This document shows positions 36,922 through 47,357 of a stretch of DNA of 64,000 nucleotides, piece by piece. The DNA lies in the NCBI GenBank assembly GCA_964106645.2, contig OZ067043.1; one strand, 5' to 3'. How positions within the stretch are numbered: the first letter of the stretch is position 1; each line of letters begins with the position of its first letter. The notes beneath the pieces were generated by a model. It made no database searches. It was not told the DNA's origin and worked only from the letters and a program-made list of their open reading frames with translations. This DNA is from Podarcis pityusensis (Eukaryota). The position numbers were made by a program, and so were the translations under genes.

Positions 36922-38226
36922 TGGCTTCTCTTCTCTTTCTTTCCTTTCCTTCAGGTTTCACAATTCCAAGTGTTCACATATTTTGAAAGATTTTCACGAC
37001 ACTGGTCTTTCTCAATTTTTCCTTTTAATTTACCTTTTTTTGTTTTGAGGTTTTACGAAGAAACCATACTGCATCATCTCCGTTTGCTTATGTGCTGTGT
37101 GGTGATTGGTTTGTTGGTGACAATGAAATTAAATCTTGATTTTAATGTGTAAAGTGAACTTTGGAAGGGTTCTTCAGGAGCACAATTGCCTACACGTTTG
37201 GAAATCAATGGAAACCCCACCATTATCAGTGCGAGTTATCTTTTAGAATAACAGGAACACAACAGACGATCTACTTCTGTAAGTTAAGAACTAGGAAGTA
37301 ATGATAATACATTGAAGCAATGCACGTAGGGGTAGGCAGAACTAATGTTTACATTACGTATAGTAACTAATCAGGAATTGGAGGTAGAAGTACAGCAACC
37401 ACAGAATACGAAAAATAACCCAGATATGCTCATCTGCACTGCTGAAGTTTAGCACACATTTAAGAAACAGGCCTGCTTCAGCATCTGGGAAACACGGGAA
37501 GATGGTCCTTGGTACTGGCCACCAGAGGAGAGGCCTAGAATGTTCAGCATCTCATGTGATGACCATCAAGTAGACAAGGGCTGCAGATCCTTCAGCCCAC
37601 AGACCAAACCTGGTCCGCCAGGTGTTCCTATTTGGCCCACATGGTCATTTTTCTAAAACCACTTGCACCTGCCCCACATCTGATGTCATTTGTGACATCA
37701 GGTGTGAGGCAGGTAGAGACACGGCTGCAAAAAGCTGAACTGAACTGGCACATCAGCTGATGCATAGAGAGTTCAATCCTCCTTTGTGTAGCATCTCCCC
37801 CAGTGGGCAAACGTTGACAGGTGGGCAGCACAAAAGACCTGTCAAAAGTTGGCCGCTCAGGGTGGTGGAGATAAAGATGTGGCCCGCCAGGATGAAAAGG
37901 TTCCCCCAACCCTGAGGTAGGCTATTTTCTGTAGCGTAGCAACCGCAGTTCTGCCACCTTACCTTGGTGTTGGCACATGCTGTCCCCTGATCATAGTCTT
38001 TGTGCCCGGCCTTCTTGTCTAGCTTGGTCCACAAAGCCTTGGCACTCCAGTAGTTGAGGCGAGATTTGAGCTTGTGATAGAACTGGAGCTGGCCAGTATG
38101 CTCCAGTCCCAGGTGTCTGCAAAGCGCCTCAAAACTTCCCAGCACCTCTTTGCACTGCTTAGCATGGAGAAAAGTGTCAAAGAGCGAATGAGACAGATTG
38201 GACTGCTCCCCATTCTGCTGGCTCAT
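11907..38226 (-). CDS. MICAL1: [F-actin]-monooxygenase MICAL1 (MO-CH-LIM-bMERB/Rab-binding), spliced CDS, about 1208 aa with the tentative 81-nt exon (1181 aa without)
   Basis: 24 phase-compatible exons totalling 3627 nt. Flavoprotein motifs [22 protein letters not shown] where MICAL2/3 have GADG. CH domain [27 protein letters not shown]-terminal coiled coil. Adjacent to SMPD2 as in other vertebrates. Confidence 0.95.
12930..13003 (-). CDS. MICAL1: MICAL1 exon ([18 protein letters not shown]...)
   Basis: GT-AG. Confidence 0.94.
13934..14030 (-). CDS. MICAL1: MICAL1 exon ([16 protein letters not shown]...)
   Basis: GT-AG. Confidence 0.94.
14144..14237 (-). CDS. MICAL1: MICAL1 exon ([10 protein letters not shown]...)
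   Basis: GT-AG. Confidence 0.94.
15320..15370. repeat. (TG)n/(TA)n microsatellite
   Basis: Read directly. Confidence 0.9.
15820..15921 (-). CDS. MICAL1: MICAL1 exon ([24 protein letters not shown])
   Basis: Start of bMERB coiled coil, GT-AG. Confidence 0.92.
16978..17112 (-). mobile_element. tRNA-Lys-derived SINE with CR1-like tail
   Basis: - strand GGGATAGCTCAGTTGGTAGAGCAT.AGACTTTTAATCT... followed by a ttggactagat..cc..ttccaactct tail. Confidence 0.75.
17246..17325 (-). CDS. MICAL1: MICAL1 acidic (poly-E) exon
   Basis: [20 protein letters not shown]. Confidence 0.85.
18247..18889 (-). CDS. MICAL1: MICAL1 large low-complexity linker exon (643 nt)
   Basis: In frame with ORF 18038..18844; ccctag| acceptor, AAG|gttgtt donor; phase 1 matches next exon. 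Confidence 0.78.
19075..19160 (-). CDS. MICAL1: MICAL1 exon completing the LIM domain (NFYCMLH...)
   Basis: GT-AG, phase 1-0. Confidence 0.88.
19438..19612 (-). CDS. MICAL1: MICAL1 LIM-domain exon
   Basis: DACYFC...[16 protein letters not shown]. Confidence 0.92.
19961..20041 (-). CDS. MICAL1: MICAL1 tentative coding exon 15 (RAWQLSS...DLLDL)
   Basis: Open 81-nt phase 0-0 segment, tggcag| acceptor, weak |gtagtc donor. Confidence 0.45.
21071..21121 (-). CDS. MICAL1: MICAL1 coding exon 14 ([17 protein letters not shown])
   Basis: ttgcag| acceptor, |gtaagt donor, phase 0-0. Confidence 0.8.
21387..21496 (-). CDS. MICAL1: MICAL1 coding exon 13 (...[11 protein letters not shown]...)
   Basis: GT-AG, phase 1-0. 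Confidence 0.9.
21767..21954 (-). CDS. MICAL1: MICAL1 coding exon 12 (CH domain, C-terminal half)
   Basis: [15 protein letters not shown]...[12 protein letters not shown]. Confidence 0.93.
23699..23846 (-). CDS. MICAL1: MICAL1 coding exon 11 (CH domain, N-terminal half)
   Basis: YEELLSWCQ...[17 protein letters not shown]. Confidence 0.95.
26190..26380 (+). mobile_element. Decayed CR1 3' fragment
   Basis: Translates [10 protein letters not shown]...KERLD.H.SG. Confidence 0.65.
26884..26968 (-). CDS. MICAL1: MICAL1 coding exon 10 (VRNLY...EIVSK), GC donor
   Basis: ttccag| acceptor, AAG|gcaagt donor; phase 1 matches the next exon. Confidence 0.82.
27386..27512 (-). CDS. MICAL1: MICAL1 coding exon 9 ([10 protein letters not shown]...TRYPNIN)
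   Basis: GT-AG. Confidence 0.94.
28171..28286 (-). CDS. MICAL1: MICAL1 coding exon 8 (PFWPLGTG...)
   Basis: GT-AG. Confidence 0.95.
29217..29591 (-). mobile_element. Sauria SINE (diverged)
   Basis: Reverse complement resembles the copy at 56559-56912 along its length. Confidence 0.82.
29784..30041 (-). CDS. MICAL1: MICAL1 coding exon 7 (...LVGDCLVE)
   Basis: GD motif, GT-AG. Confidence 0.95.
30250..30350 (-). CDS. MICAL1: MICAL1 coding exon 6 ([22 protein letters not shown])
   Basis: GT-AG. Confidence 0.95.
30615..30800 (+). mobile_element. L2-like 3' end with (ATT)n tail
   Basis: ggaagctgcccagagtggctgggg...gatggg..gggtataaat stem-loop tail followed by (ATT)n. Confidence 0.65.
31381..31536 (-). 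CDS. MICAL1: MICAL1 coding exon 5 ([15 protein letters not shown]...)
   Basis: GT-AG (donor gtctgg). Confidence 0.94.
32313..32497. mobile_element. Non-autonomous Penelope pLTR fold-back element (130-bp palindrome 32319-32448)
   Basis: Right arm and tail match the 3' end of the PLE at 62102-62200; flanked by caaaactttaagt / caaaaccttaagt. Confidence 0.85.
33070..33171 (-). CDS. MICAL1: MICAL1 coding exon 4 (SGWRA...[11 protein letters not shown])
   Basis: GT-AG, phase 1-1. Confidence 0.92.
33750..33866 (-). CDS. MICAL1: MICAL1 coding exon 3 ([10 protein letters not shown]...)
   Basis: GT-AG, phase 1-1. Confidence 0.94.
34439..34579 (-). mobile_element. tRNA-Lys-derived SINE with CR1-like tail (second copy)
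   Basis: Same layout as 16978-17112. Confidence 0.72.
34858..35065 (-). CDS. MICAL1: MICAL1 coding exon 2 ([10 protein letters not shown]...LDHI)
   Basis: GxGxxG FAD-binding motif, GT-AG. Confidence 0.95.
35280..35469. mobile_element. hAT-type MITE
   Basis: caggcatgtccaaa / tttggacaccactg termini, 8-bp TSD ctctgcag. Confidence 0.8.
36888..36918. repeat. (TA)n microsatellite
   Basis: Read directly. Confidence 0.9.
37963..38226 (-). CDS. MICAL1: MICAL1 coding exon 1 (MSQQ...CANTK)
   Basis: ATG 38226, donor AAG|gtaagg; acceptor at 38230 or 38257. Confidence 0.93.
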
Positions 38227-38569
38227 CCTCCTGGGAATTCAGGGGCAAAGAAGAAGCCTGGAAAAGAAAGAAAGCAACAGGTGAGCATCAACAGCTCCTG
38301 CTCCTTGGAGAGATCAGGAATTTGGCATTGCAAGGCAACACCCAGCAGCAAGACATAACTCCTTGCTTCCAGCTGCTCCCCCTTGGGAGATGAAGCGGAA
38401 TGCAACATACCTATCTGTTTACACCCATATGCAGCCTTATACATAGGTCCTCTTCAGGAGAAGGGTTATGTCTGAATTCAAGACATGCTCAAGCTTAGAC
38501 ATGAGAGCAAATGCATGCAATATGAGCAGATGCAGAAGTCTGAAGGCAATGTGTCTTAGACAATAGTTC

Positions 38570-38773
38570 CAGGGGTGGGGGAACTATTTGTCCTGGCAGG
38601 CCGGGTCTTTATCTTCCCATACCCCATGGCCCAGCTTAATAGATGCAAGAGAAACAGCGAGCACACCAGCTGATTGACAGGTGGGCGTGATTTGGGGGAA
38701 ATGGCCCCATGGGGCCAAACTGGACCCCTGCCTAGCCAAGATTGGCCCACGGCCTAGAAGTTCCCCACCCCTG
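38570..38773. mobile_element. hAT-type MITE
   Basis: caggggtgggggaact / agttccccacccctg TIRs; no clean TSD. Confidence 0.65.
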
Positions 38774-39748
38774 AGTTATAACACCACCACTTCTAGTGTC
38801 TAGAGGTCAGATGTTTACTGTGATAGGTATATACAGACTGCCAAATCCCAAAGAAACATATTCATGTATTTGAAAAGCCCTAAGTCATATTTAGCACTGA
38901 AAATAGAAAGAGCACAAAAACATATGCTTATTCCCAGTTAGGGCGCACATTTTGCCCTCAGCAGCATTAGGAAAAATCCAAGCTCTACCTCCAAGCAAAG
39001 GTCTGTCTCCTTTCACAAACAAGGCCAACAGTCAGTGTGAAAATGTTGCACACCATGGTTGACTCATGCATGTCGGGCCCAGAGAAATAGCTGGAAAGTT
39101 ATCTGAAGTGGAAAAACACCACTTCCTTTTCCCCTTAGTCCATTTGCATCCCACCCGCCAAGTCTGGACTACAAAGTATGCATGAAAAGTCTTAATTCAG
39201 GCTTGCTTTGTGCTAAACAGCAGATCTACAGAAGACTGGAGGTTACACAAGATTCGGCTGCTCTTTGACTTTCTTAATCAATATTAATTCTGGAATGCAA
39301 GATATACAGACTTTAGCAAAGAAGGCAGGAATACAAAAGACTGTAGCAAACAAGGAAAGTGATGAAGTGATTAATCTGCACATGTGTACTGATTTTCAAG
39401 AAAGGAGTCTATATATTTCTAACAAGAATGTTATGGGCAGTTGATATACTTGTCCTGCTGAAGCTTATTCATATTCAGGAGAAGGAGGAGTGATGTGTTT
39501 ACCCGCTGTCAATGATACAGCTGTAATTTGGAAGCACTACAAAGCAGCCTGCACATTTTTCTAACCGCAGCCCTAAGTTTCCTAACACAGTGACTTGCTC
39601 GGCGTTCTGTACTAATTTCCCCCAGCTTCATGGTTAGCAACTTCCTGTGCGCCCACTCAACCACATTTGTTGCTAAAGAAGGCTGACACAGGCTGGGAAA
39701 ATTCCTTGCAGTGTCTAAAAAGAAAGGTGACTTCTTTCTGGTTTGCAG

Positions 39749-39918
39749 NNNNNNNNNNNNNNNNNNNNNNNNNNNNNNNNNNNNNNNNNNNNNNNNNNNN
39801 NNNNNNNNNNNNNNNNNNNNNNNNNNNNNNNNNNNNNNNNNNNNNNNNNNNNNNNNNNNNNNNNNNNNNNNNNNNNNNNNNNNNNNNNNNNNNNNNNNNN
39901 NNNNNNNNNNNNNNNNNN
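39749..39918. other. Assembly gap (170 N)
   Basis: Run of N. Confidence 1.
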
Positions 39919-40107
39919 GAGAAAGAGCTATTTCCTTCTTGCCTTCTGCACACAGAAAGAATAATAAAACAGTTGACTGGTGTAACTTCTGCTAATGAAG
40001 TTTCTTTCAAGTGCTTTGCATATCTTCAGGCATGCATTGCATGGAGAAAGTTGTCTTTCTTTGAAATCAGTCAGCTTTCCTTGCCTAGAATGCTGACTTC
40101 TTAGCAC

Positions 40108-42395
40108 TGTTGTAAACAAAAATTGCCCTTTTCCCTTATGGGGTATCCAAGAACCCATATAGAGTCCTTACATAGGTTCCCTATTGGTAGGAGAAAATAA
40201 CAGAGGCCAACCAAAGAATATTGAGAAGCAAAGCAGCTAGTAAGCCTGATCTTTATTGATCTGTTGCAACAGAGTCCTCACTCACCACACAAGGGAGGGA
40301 GGAGGAACCCAGAACAATGGTGCGCAAGGCCTTATAAAGACTTTTGAAATTGCCACCCTGTAGATCAAGACCAAGATATGGATGTCTCGTACACCCCAGG
40401 TAGTGTGGTTGCTGACCTTGAGCCAGACATCCTGGAGAGTGAAGTCAAATGGGCCTTAGAAAGCACTGCAAATAACAAGGCCAGTGGAAGTGATGGTATT
40501 CCAGCTGAACTATTTAAAATTTTAAAAGATGATGCTGTTAAGGTGCTACACTCAATATGCCAGCAAGTTTGGAAAACTCAGCAGTGGCCAGAGGATTGGA
40601 GAAGATCAGTCTACATCCCAATCCCAAAGAAGGGCAGTGCCAAAGAATGCTCCAACTACCACACAATTGCACTCATTTCACACGCTAGCAAGGTTATGCT
40701 TAAAATTCTACAAGGAAGGCTCAAGCAGTATGCGGACCGAGAACTCGCAGAAGTGCAAGCTGGATTTAGAAGAGGCAGAGGAACCAGAGACCAAATTGCA
40801 AACATGCGCTGGATTATGGAGAAAGCTAGAGAGTTCCAGAAAGACATCTACTTCTGCTTCATTGACTATGCAAAAGCCTTTGACTGTGTTGACCACAGCA
40901 AACTATGGCAAGTTCTTAAAGAAGTGGGAGTGCCTGATCACCTCATCTGTCTCCTGAGAAATCTCTATGTGGGACAAGAAGCTACAGTTAGAACTGGATA
41001 TGGAACAACTGATTGGTTCAAAATTGGGAAAGGAGTACGACAAGGCTGTATATTGTCTCCCTGCTTATTTAACTTATATGCAGAATTCATCATGCGAAAG
41101 GCTGGGCTGGATGATTCCCAAGCCGGAATTAAGATTGCTGGAAGAAATATCAACAACCTCAGATATGCAGATGACACAACCTTGATGGCAGAAAGTGAGG
41201 AGTAATTAAAGAACCTTTTATTGAGGGTGAAAGAGGAGAGTGCAAAATATGGTCTGAAGCTCAACATCAAAAAAACGAAGATCATGGCCACTGGTCCCAT
41301 CACCTCCTGGCAAATAGAAGGGGAAGAAATGGAGGCAGTGAGAGATTTTACTTTCTTGGGCTCCATGTTCACTGCAGATGGTGACAGCAGCCACGAAATT
41401 AAGAGTCGCCTGCTTCTTGGGAGGAAAGCAATGACAAACCTAGACAACATCTTAAAAAGTAGAGACATCACCTTGCCAACAAAGGTCCGTATAGTAAAAG
41501 CTATGGTTTTCCCAGTAGTGATGTATGGAAGTGAGAGCTGGACCATAAAGAAGGCTGATCGCCGAAGAATTGATGCTTTTGAATTATGGTGCTGGAGGAG
41601 ACTCTTGAGAGTCCCATGGACTGCAAGAAGATCAAACCTCTCCATTCTTAAGGAAATCAGCCCTGAGTGCTCACTGGAAGGACAGATCGTGAAGCTGAGG
41701 CTCCAATACTTTGGCCACCTTATGAGAAGAGAAGACTCCCTGGAAAAGACCCTGATGTTGGGAAAGATGGAGGGCACAAGGAGAAGGGGACGACAGAGGA
41801 TGAGATGGTTGGATAGTGTTCTCGAAGCTACCAGCATGAATTTGACCAAACTGCGGGAGGCAGTGGAGGACAGGGGTGCCTGGCGTGCTCTGGTCCATGG
41901 GGTCACAAAGAGTCGGACACGACTAAACAACAACAAGATCAAGACCACCCCCAGAAACATCATACATACATCACAGAAGGGGTGTAACCTAAGACCACCC
42001 CCCAGGAACATCACACCTACATCACAAAAAAGGTGGTTTAAAACAGAAATTTGAATGTTGTTTTTCTCCTGTCATTGTTTTTCTCCTGTCTGGCAGGTTA
42101 CTTGATTGGATTGACTGGGGAGCCTAGCCAATCTTTTGTAATGATAAATACTTAGTTCCTGGGCCAGGTCACAGGCTCACACCCTATTCATATCTTAAAT
42201 GTGCCCTTAAGACAGGATTTGTGAGGAAAGACACAATGGGGAAGTTTCCCACTTTGACCTTGCAGAGAAAACATTTGCTCAGTTTAGGAATCAAAATGGT
42301 TCCAGGTTGGTCTTCCTGTGCTGATCTATGTGCGTGCTTGGCTGGTACACTTATGAACATTACCATATATCTAAGACCTCAAAATTCCTATCACA
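40108..42395 (-). mobile_element. Solo LTR (about 714 bp once the BovB is removed), ERV1- or Gypsy-type
   Basis: TGT...ACA termini, 4-bp TSD gcac (40104-40107, 42396-42399); on -: CCAAT 42109, tandem ~35-bp repeats, TATAA 40336-40332, AATAAA 40257-40252. Confidence 0.72.
40374..41935 (+). mobile_element. RTE-BovB LINE, 5'-truncated, RT region with one nonsense codon
   Basis: RT motifs CFIDYAKAFD, GVRQGCILSP, YADD; TAA at 41203-41205; (AAC)n tail; 12-bp TSD agatcaagacca at 40362-40373 and 41936-41947. Confidence 0.95.
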
Positions 42396-43369
42396 GCACC
42401 AGGGCATTTATTTATTTATTTATTTTACTTAATGCAGATGTGAAGTCAGTGGGCAGCCAATTTGATCAAGGAAGTGTTGTTTTGGTGCAGGTGTTTAATC
42501 CATCTGCCCCATGTTTTCCTGATTGAACTTGCCCTCCCAAAGATGCCTATTTGCTGTGTGTGTGAGATACAGGAACTTGTTTCATGCCAGTATTTTTCTC
42601 TGAATGGAACAAAGAGCAACTCTGTGTGTATGTGTGCGCGCGCACATATACACGCGTCTGTGTGAGAGCAATTTAGAACAGGCAAACAGTGAAGGGATAA
42701 TAAGTTTAAAATATTCACCTCTGTGCTTCTTCCCTAATCAAATTAGCACTCACAAATTCCATGGCTGCATTTAGTTAAACATTAAACATTGCAGCTCTCA
42801 TGTCATAGAAGGTGGTGAATTCTCATTAGTTAAAGGTTTTTAAGCAGAGGCTGGACAGTTACCTATCGGTGGTGGTGTGGCAGTGAGTCTTTGTGAGTCC
42901 TTCCAACTCTAAGATACGTTTTTTCTAATATATGTTTCATCTTGTACAAACATCTTTATGCTCAGTGTTAACAGCTGAGCTGTACAAAGACTATGGGCTT
43001 GAAAGCTATGTCCACTACAGAGTTTGTAACATTTTTGTTGGTCCTTAGAATGCTGTGGATTTTGGAATATTTCTTGTGAACCAACATGGCTCCCTTTGCT
43101 TTTTTCACAGATATCCAGAGTTGCCCCACATGAACCAAAAAAGGGGGAGGTTGGTTGGTGGCATCATAGCACTCACCCAGAACAAACCCAGTGTGATTTC
43201 TCATGATATGGCAAAGAAAACACCAGGCACATGTCCTCTTTCTGGATTTCTTGGATAAATATATGAAGGAAATAATTTGATTTAGTGCAAAAAATCCCCC
43301 CACATGAGATGCACAGGCCTCTCCCCAGAGAGGACATGCAAGAGTTACCCTTTACCACACCATACCCTG

Positions 43370-44075
43370 GGGTGTATGGGGTGTTGGGGGTAGTATGCCA
43401 TGAGGTGGGGGGGACACATAATGCTCTCTCTAGCGTAGCTTGTCCACCTTTGGTCCTTACCCTACACTCAGCTCTGATCTGTGACTCCTAGAAGCTGTCA
43501 GCATGCAACAGTGGCCACACCCCTGGAAACGGCTTCAACTGGCCAGCTAAACCAGGTGAGGGTAGCTGATGGGTCTCAAACCCTCTGTGAGTCTGGAATT
43601 TCCCCTGCATTTGAAGAAAGGCTTCAGTGGATTGAGTGGATGAGACCAATAGTGGGTCCAACAGTCAAGAAGGCGGTTTCTGCATGTGATGTAGGGTGCA
43701 TGTAGGACTCGTCAACCAGGGAAGGTAGCTCAACTAGGAGAAGGAAGACTCTGATCTTAAACCTCTGCTGCCTTGCAGGATATCTTTGGAAGAAGACAAA
43801 GACTAAGGAGTAAACCCTACACAGATCTGGAGTGGAGTTCCTAAGGCGTTTGGATGGCGCCTTGTATACTTCCGGCAATTCCTGCAGCCAAGCTGGTGCC
43901 AAACATATTGCTCTGCTTTCCTCTGGACCATATCAGCAAGGCAGGGTGTGTGTGTGTTGTCTTCTGGGCATCCCAGGACCTACACACTGCCCAGGCTTTA
44001 GTGCTGCTAATGTAGTGGTTTGACCTCACCCCTAGAGGCGCACTCCATTGTCCCTTGAGACAAACGAATACCAAC
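43370..44075 (+). mobile_element. Probable non-autonomous RTE-related retroposon
   Basis: gggaagg..tcaactaggagaagga.gactctgat.ttaaacct block resembling RTE 5' regions; 3' end gcactccattgtcc..gac shared with 50520-50750. Confidence 0.45.
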
Positions 44076-45666
44076 CCTGGACATGCACACATATGAAGCA
44101 AGTGCATTTCACTGATGCTTCCTTATTACATGCAAATGTTTGCACAGTTTGTCAAGCATGCTCTTTGTCATGGGAACCACTTTTACAAATCTCCAGTGTG
44201 TCACATGGTTATTCCCTCAAAATGAGGGGGTGGGGGAGGATTATTACATCATTCCTGCCTGCCTGCCTGCCTTCATTCCCACTTCCTCTGTTCTCTATCT
44301 TCCAGACATGAAATACACTGGGGTCTGGCAACCCAATGAGTTCCTCTCTTTCAATCAATTTCTTCTGGCAGGAGTTACGCTTTGGCTATGGTTGGGGAGG
44401 AGGATTTGAATATATAACATTGAAAAGTGCTCTGTGCTGCAAGATTTACTCAGAAGTACACCCAGTGGTGTTTACTGCTGGAAAAGTATGCATGAGGGTA
44501 CAGGCTAACCCTAGAAGCAAAAATAAAAAATAAAAATAAAAATATAGATTTTTTTAAAATGCTAACTGTTACATTTCAAACATTTGGGATTAATAAGCCT
44601 ATGCTGACATCAACCAGAACTGGAAGCTGTTTGTTATACAGTGAACACAAAGGACAATGGCAACCAAGACTATAATCCCTCCCCATGTATGATTAAGTCC
44701 TCCTCATTCCCCAGTGAGGGTCATGTAAGGCAGGAAACTGTCTGGGTACATTTGACTTGTAAATTAAACAAGGGGGGTGGGTATGGAAGGAACCAACAGT
44801 GCCAAGTATTAGTAAACAGGATATTAGCCAGGAGACTCGCTATCTAAGGAAGTCTTTGAGGGCTGTTTCAATGCCCTCTCCTTTCAGTCCTTGAAACTTA
44901 AAGATTAAGTATCTTCTGACACTTGCAATTTGAAAGCATACGTCTCACATTTTGAACACTTGGTGATCCAGACCCCAACCACCATGCAATAAATTTCTCT
45001 GACTGGGGGAAAAAACACCCACCAAAATTTTGAAAAAAAAATGTGAAACAAGCTACCTTGTTAGTGAAAACACACAATGGAAGTTACCTTAAAGACAAAG
45101 AAATATTTTACGGCATAAACTTTTGTGAAGATTTCAGTAAAGCCTGTTTTCCTCAAGACTTTGAATCATGACAAACTATACACTGCCCAGGCTTAATCAG
45201 TAACTGTCTTTGCCAGTTGTTTGAACAGCATATAGGACCCTTTCCCAGAAACTCTTTCCCAAGGTTTCAACTCAGGGAAATATTTGAGATACACACAAAA
45301 TCTGGTTGCATTTAATGGAGTCATCCTGTTAGCGCAAGGACCTCCTCCTATGCAATAGGGTTTCTTGTCCCACTCCACTCCCTGTGCAACCCACCCCACC
45401 AGTGCAAAAAAAGATCTGTTTAGAGGGGCACAGGAGTTGCATAAGGAGAGGAAAGAAGAGCAAGAGGAAGTATTATTGCACAGGTGGAAATTCTTGCGCT
45501 AACTTTGTTGGCTTCATCCCATCCCAAGACCCCAAGATCACCATCTGAGGTCCTTCTTCATGTGCCTCTTCCACAAGAGGTCCAGAGGGTGGCAACACAA
45601 GAACAGGCCTTTTCTGCAGTGGCTCCCTGTTTGTGGAATGCTCTCCCCAGGGAGGTTAGTCTGGCG

Positions 45667-45918
45667 GAGGGGTCAGCAAACTTTTTCAGCAGGGGGCCAG
45701 TCCACTGTCCCTCAGACCTTGTGAGGGGCCGGACTATATTTTTTGGGGGGGAGGGATGAACGAATTCCTATGCCCCACAAATAAGCCAGAGATGCATTTT
45801 AAATAAAAGCACACATTCTACTCATGTAAAAACATGCTGATTCCCAGACTGTCCGCGGGCCAGATTTAGAAGGCGACTGGGCTGGATCCGGCCCCCAGGC
45901 CTTAGTTTGCCTACCCAT
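45667..45918. mobile_element. hAT-type non-autonomous DNA transposon
   Basis: Termini gaggggtcagcaaact / agtttgcctacccat(g); 8-bp TSD gtctggcg at 45659-45666 and 46537-46544. Confidence 0.8.
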
Positions 45919-46536
45919 AGAATCATAGAATCATAGAGTTGGAAGAGACCACAAGGGCCATCAAATCCAACCCCCTGCCAAGCAGGAAACACCATCAGAG
46001 CACTCCTGACATATGGTTGTCAAGCCTCTGCTTAAAGACCTCCAAAGAAGGAGACTCCACCACACTCCTTGGCAGCAAATTCCACTGTCGAACAGCTCTT
46101 ACTGTCAGGAAGTTCTTCCTAATGTTTAGGTGGAATCTTCTTTCTTGTAGTTTGGATCCATTGCTCCGTGTCCGCTTCTCTGGAGCAGCAGAAAACAACC
46201 TTTCTCCCTCCTCTATGTGACATCCTTTTATATATTTGAACATGGCTATCATATGGCTATCATATCACCCCTTAACCTCCTCTTCTCCAGGCTAAACATG
46301 CCCAGCTTCCTTAGCCGTTCCTCATAAGGCATTGTTTCCAGGCCTTTGACCATTTTGGTTGCCCTCCTCTGGACACATTCCAGTTTGTCAGTGTCCTTCT
46401 TGAACTGTGGTGCCCAGAACTGGACACAGTACTCCAGGTGAGGTCTGACCAGAGCAGAATACAGTGGCACTATTACTTCCCTTGATCTAGATACTATACT
46501 CCTATTGATGCAGCCCAGAATTGCATTGGCTTTTTG
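45916..46536 (-). mobile_element. CR1 LINE 3' fragment
   Basis: [21 protein letters not shown], (ATTCTATG)n-type tail; 11-bp duplication atggctatcat at 46242-46263 shifts the frame. Confidence 0.93.
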
Positions 46537-47126
46537 GTCTGGCGCTTTCATTATAGACCTTCAGGCGCCACGTGAAAATGTTCCTTTTCAACCAGACCTT
46601 TGGCTGATTAACATCCGATATACTTTCAAATGTATCGTGAGAGGGGAGATTATTGGGGTTTTTTAATCTTATTTTGTTATGTATTTTGCATTTTTTATAT
46701 TGTGGTTTTGTGGTGTAACCCGCCTTGAGATCCACTCAGGTGGAGTGACAGTAATCAAACAATCATCACAACATACAACATTGTGTTGAAGCAAAAGCCT
46801 TGGGCAGTGCTAAGAACATCTCAGAATCCATTCCCCCACCCACCCTTGTGCCAATAGCACTGATATAGAAAAACCTGCTTTAGAGACAAAGGCAGAGATC
46901 AAGGGAGACACTCAAGAACATTAACCAATTGCACCTTGGAATTATTTATGTAATATCCTAAGCAACCAGATGGGTCCTTAACCAATGAGGAAATGCTTGT
47001 GCCCTCAGACAGGCAGGCTCAGCATAGCTTGTTTAAAGGCTCTGCAGCACTGACTGCATCAAGCAATGTAGAGAGAGGCCTGGAGATACCATTTGTGTCT
47101 ATCAGATTCTGTCTCTATTCAATATA

Positions 47127-47357
47127 CAGTGGTACCTCTGGTTACGAACTTAATTCGTTCCGGAGGTCTGTTCTTAACCTGAAACCGTTCTTAACCTGAG
47201 GTACCACTTTAGCTAATGGGTCCTCCTGCTGCCGCCGAACGATTTCTATTCTCATCCTGAGGTAAAGTTCTTAACCCGAGGTACTACTTCCAGGTTAGTG
47301 AAGTCTGTAACCCGAAGTGTTTGTAACCCGAGGTGTTTGTAACCCAAGGTACCACTG
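47127..47357. mobile_element. Tc1/mariner-type MITE
   Basis: TA|cagtggtacct ... aggtaccactg|TA. Confidence 0.85.

Larger units (their letters stand above)
45515..46735 (+). mobile_element. Old L2-like LINE 3' fragment interrupted by the hAT and CR1 insertions
   Basis: RAFS(A)VAP.LWNALP motif continues across the TSD; similar to the fragment at 63160-63835. Confidence 0.65.

Noticed and set aside
39657-40104. ORFs spanning the N run
   Set aside because: Artefacts of translating through the assembly gap
40965-42014. 349-aa ORF on the - strand
   Set aside because: Antisense shadow of the BovB RT frame, with no independent protein features
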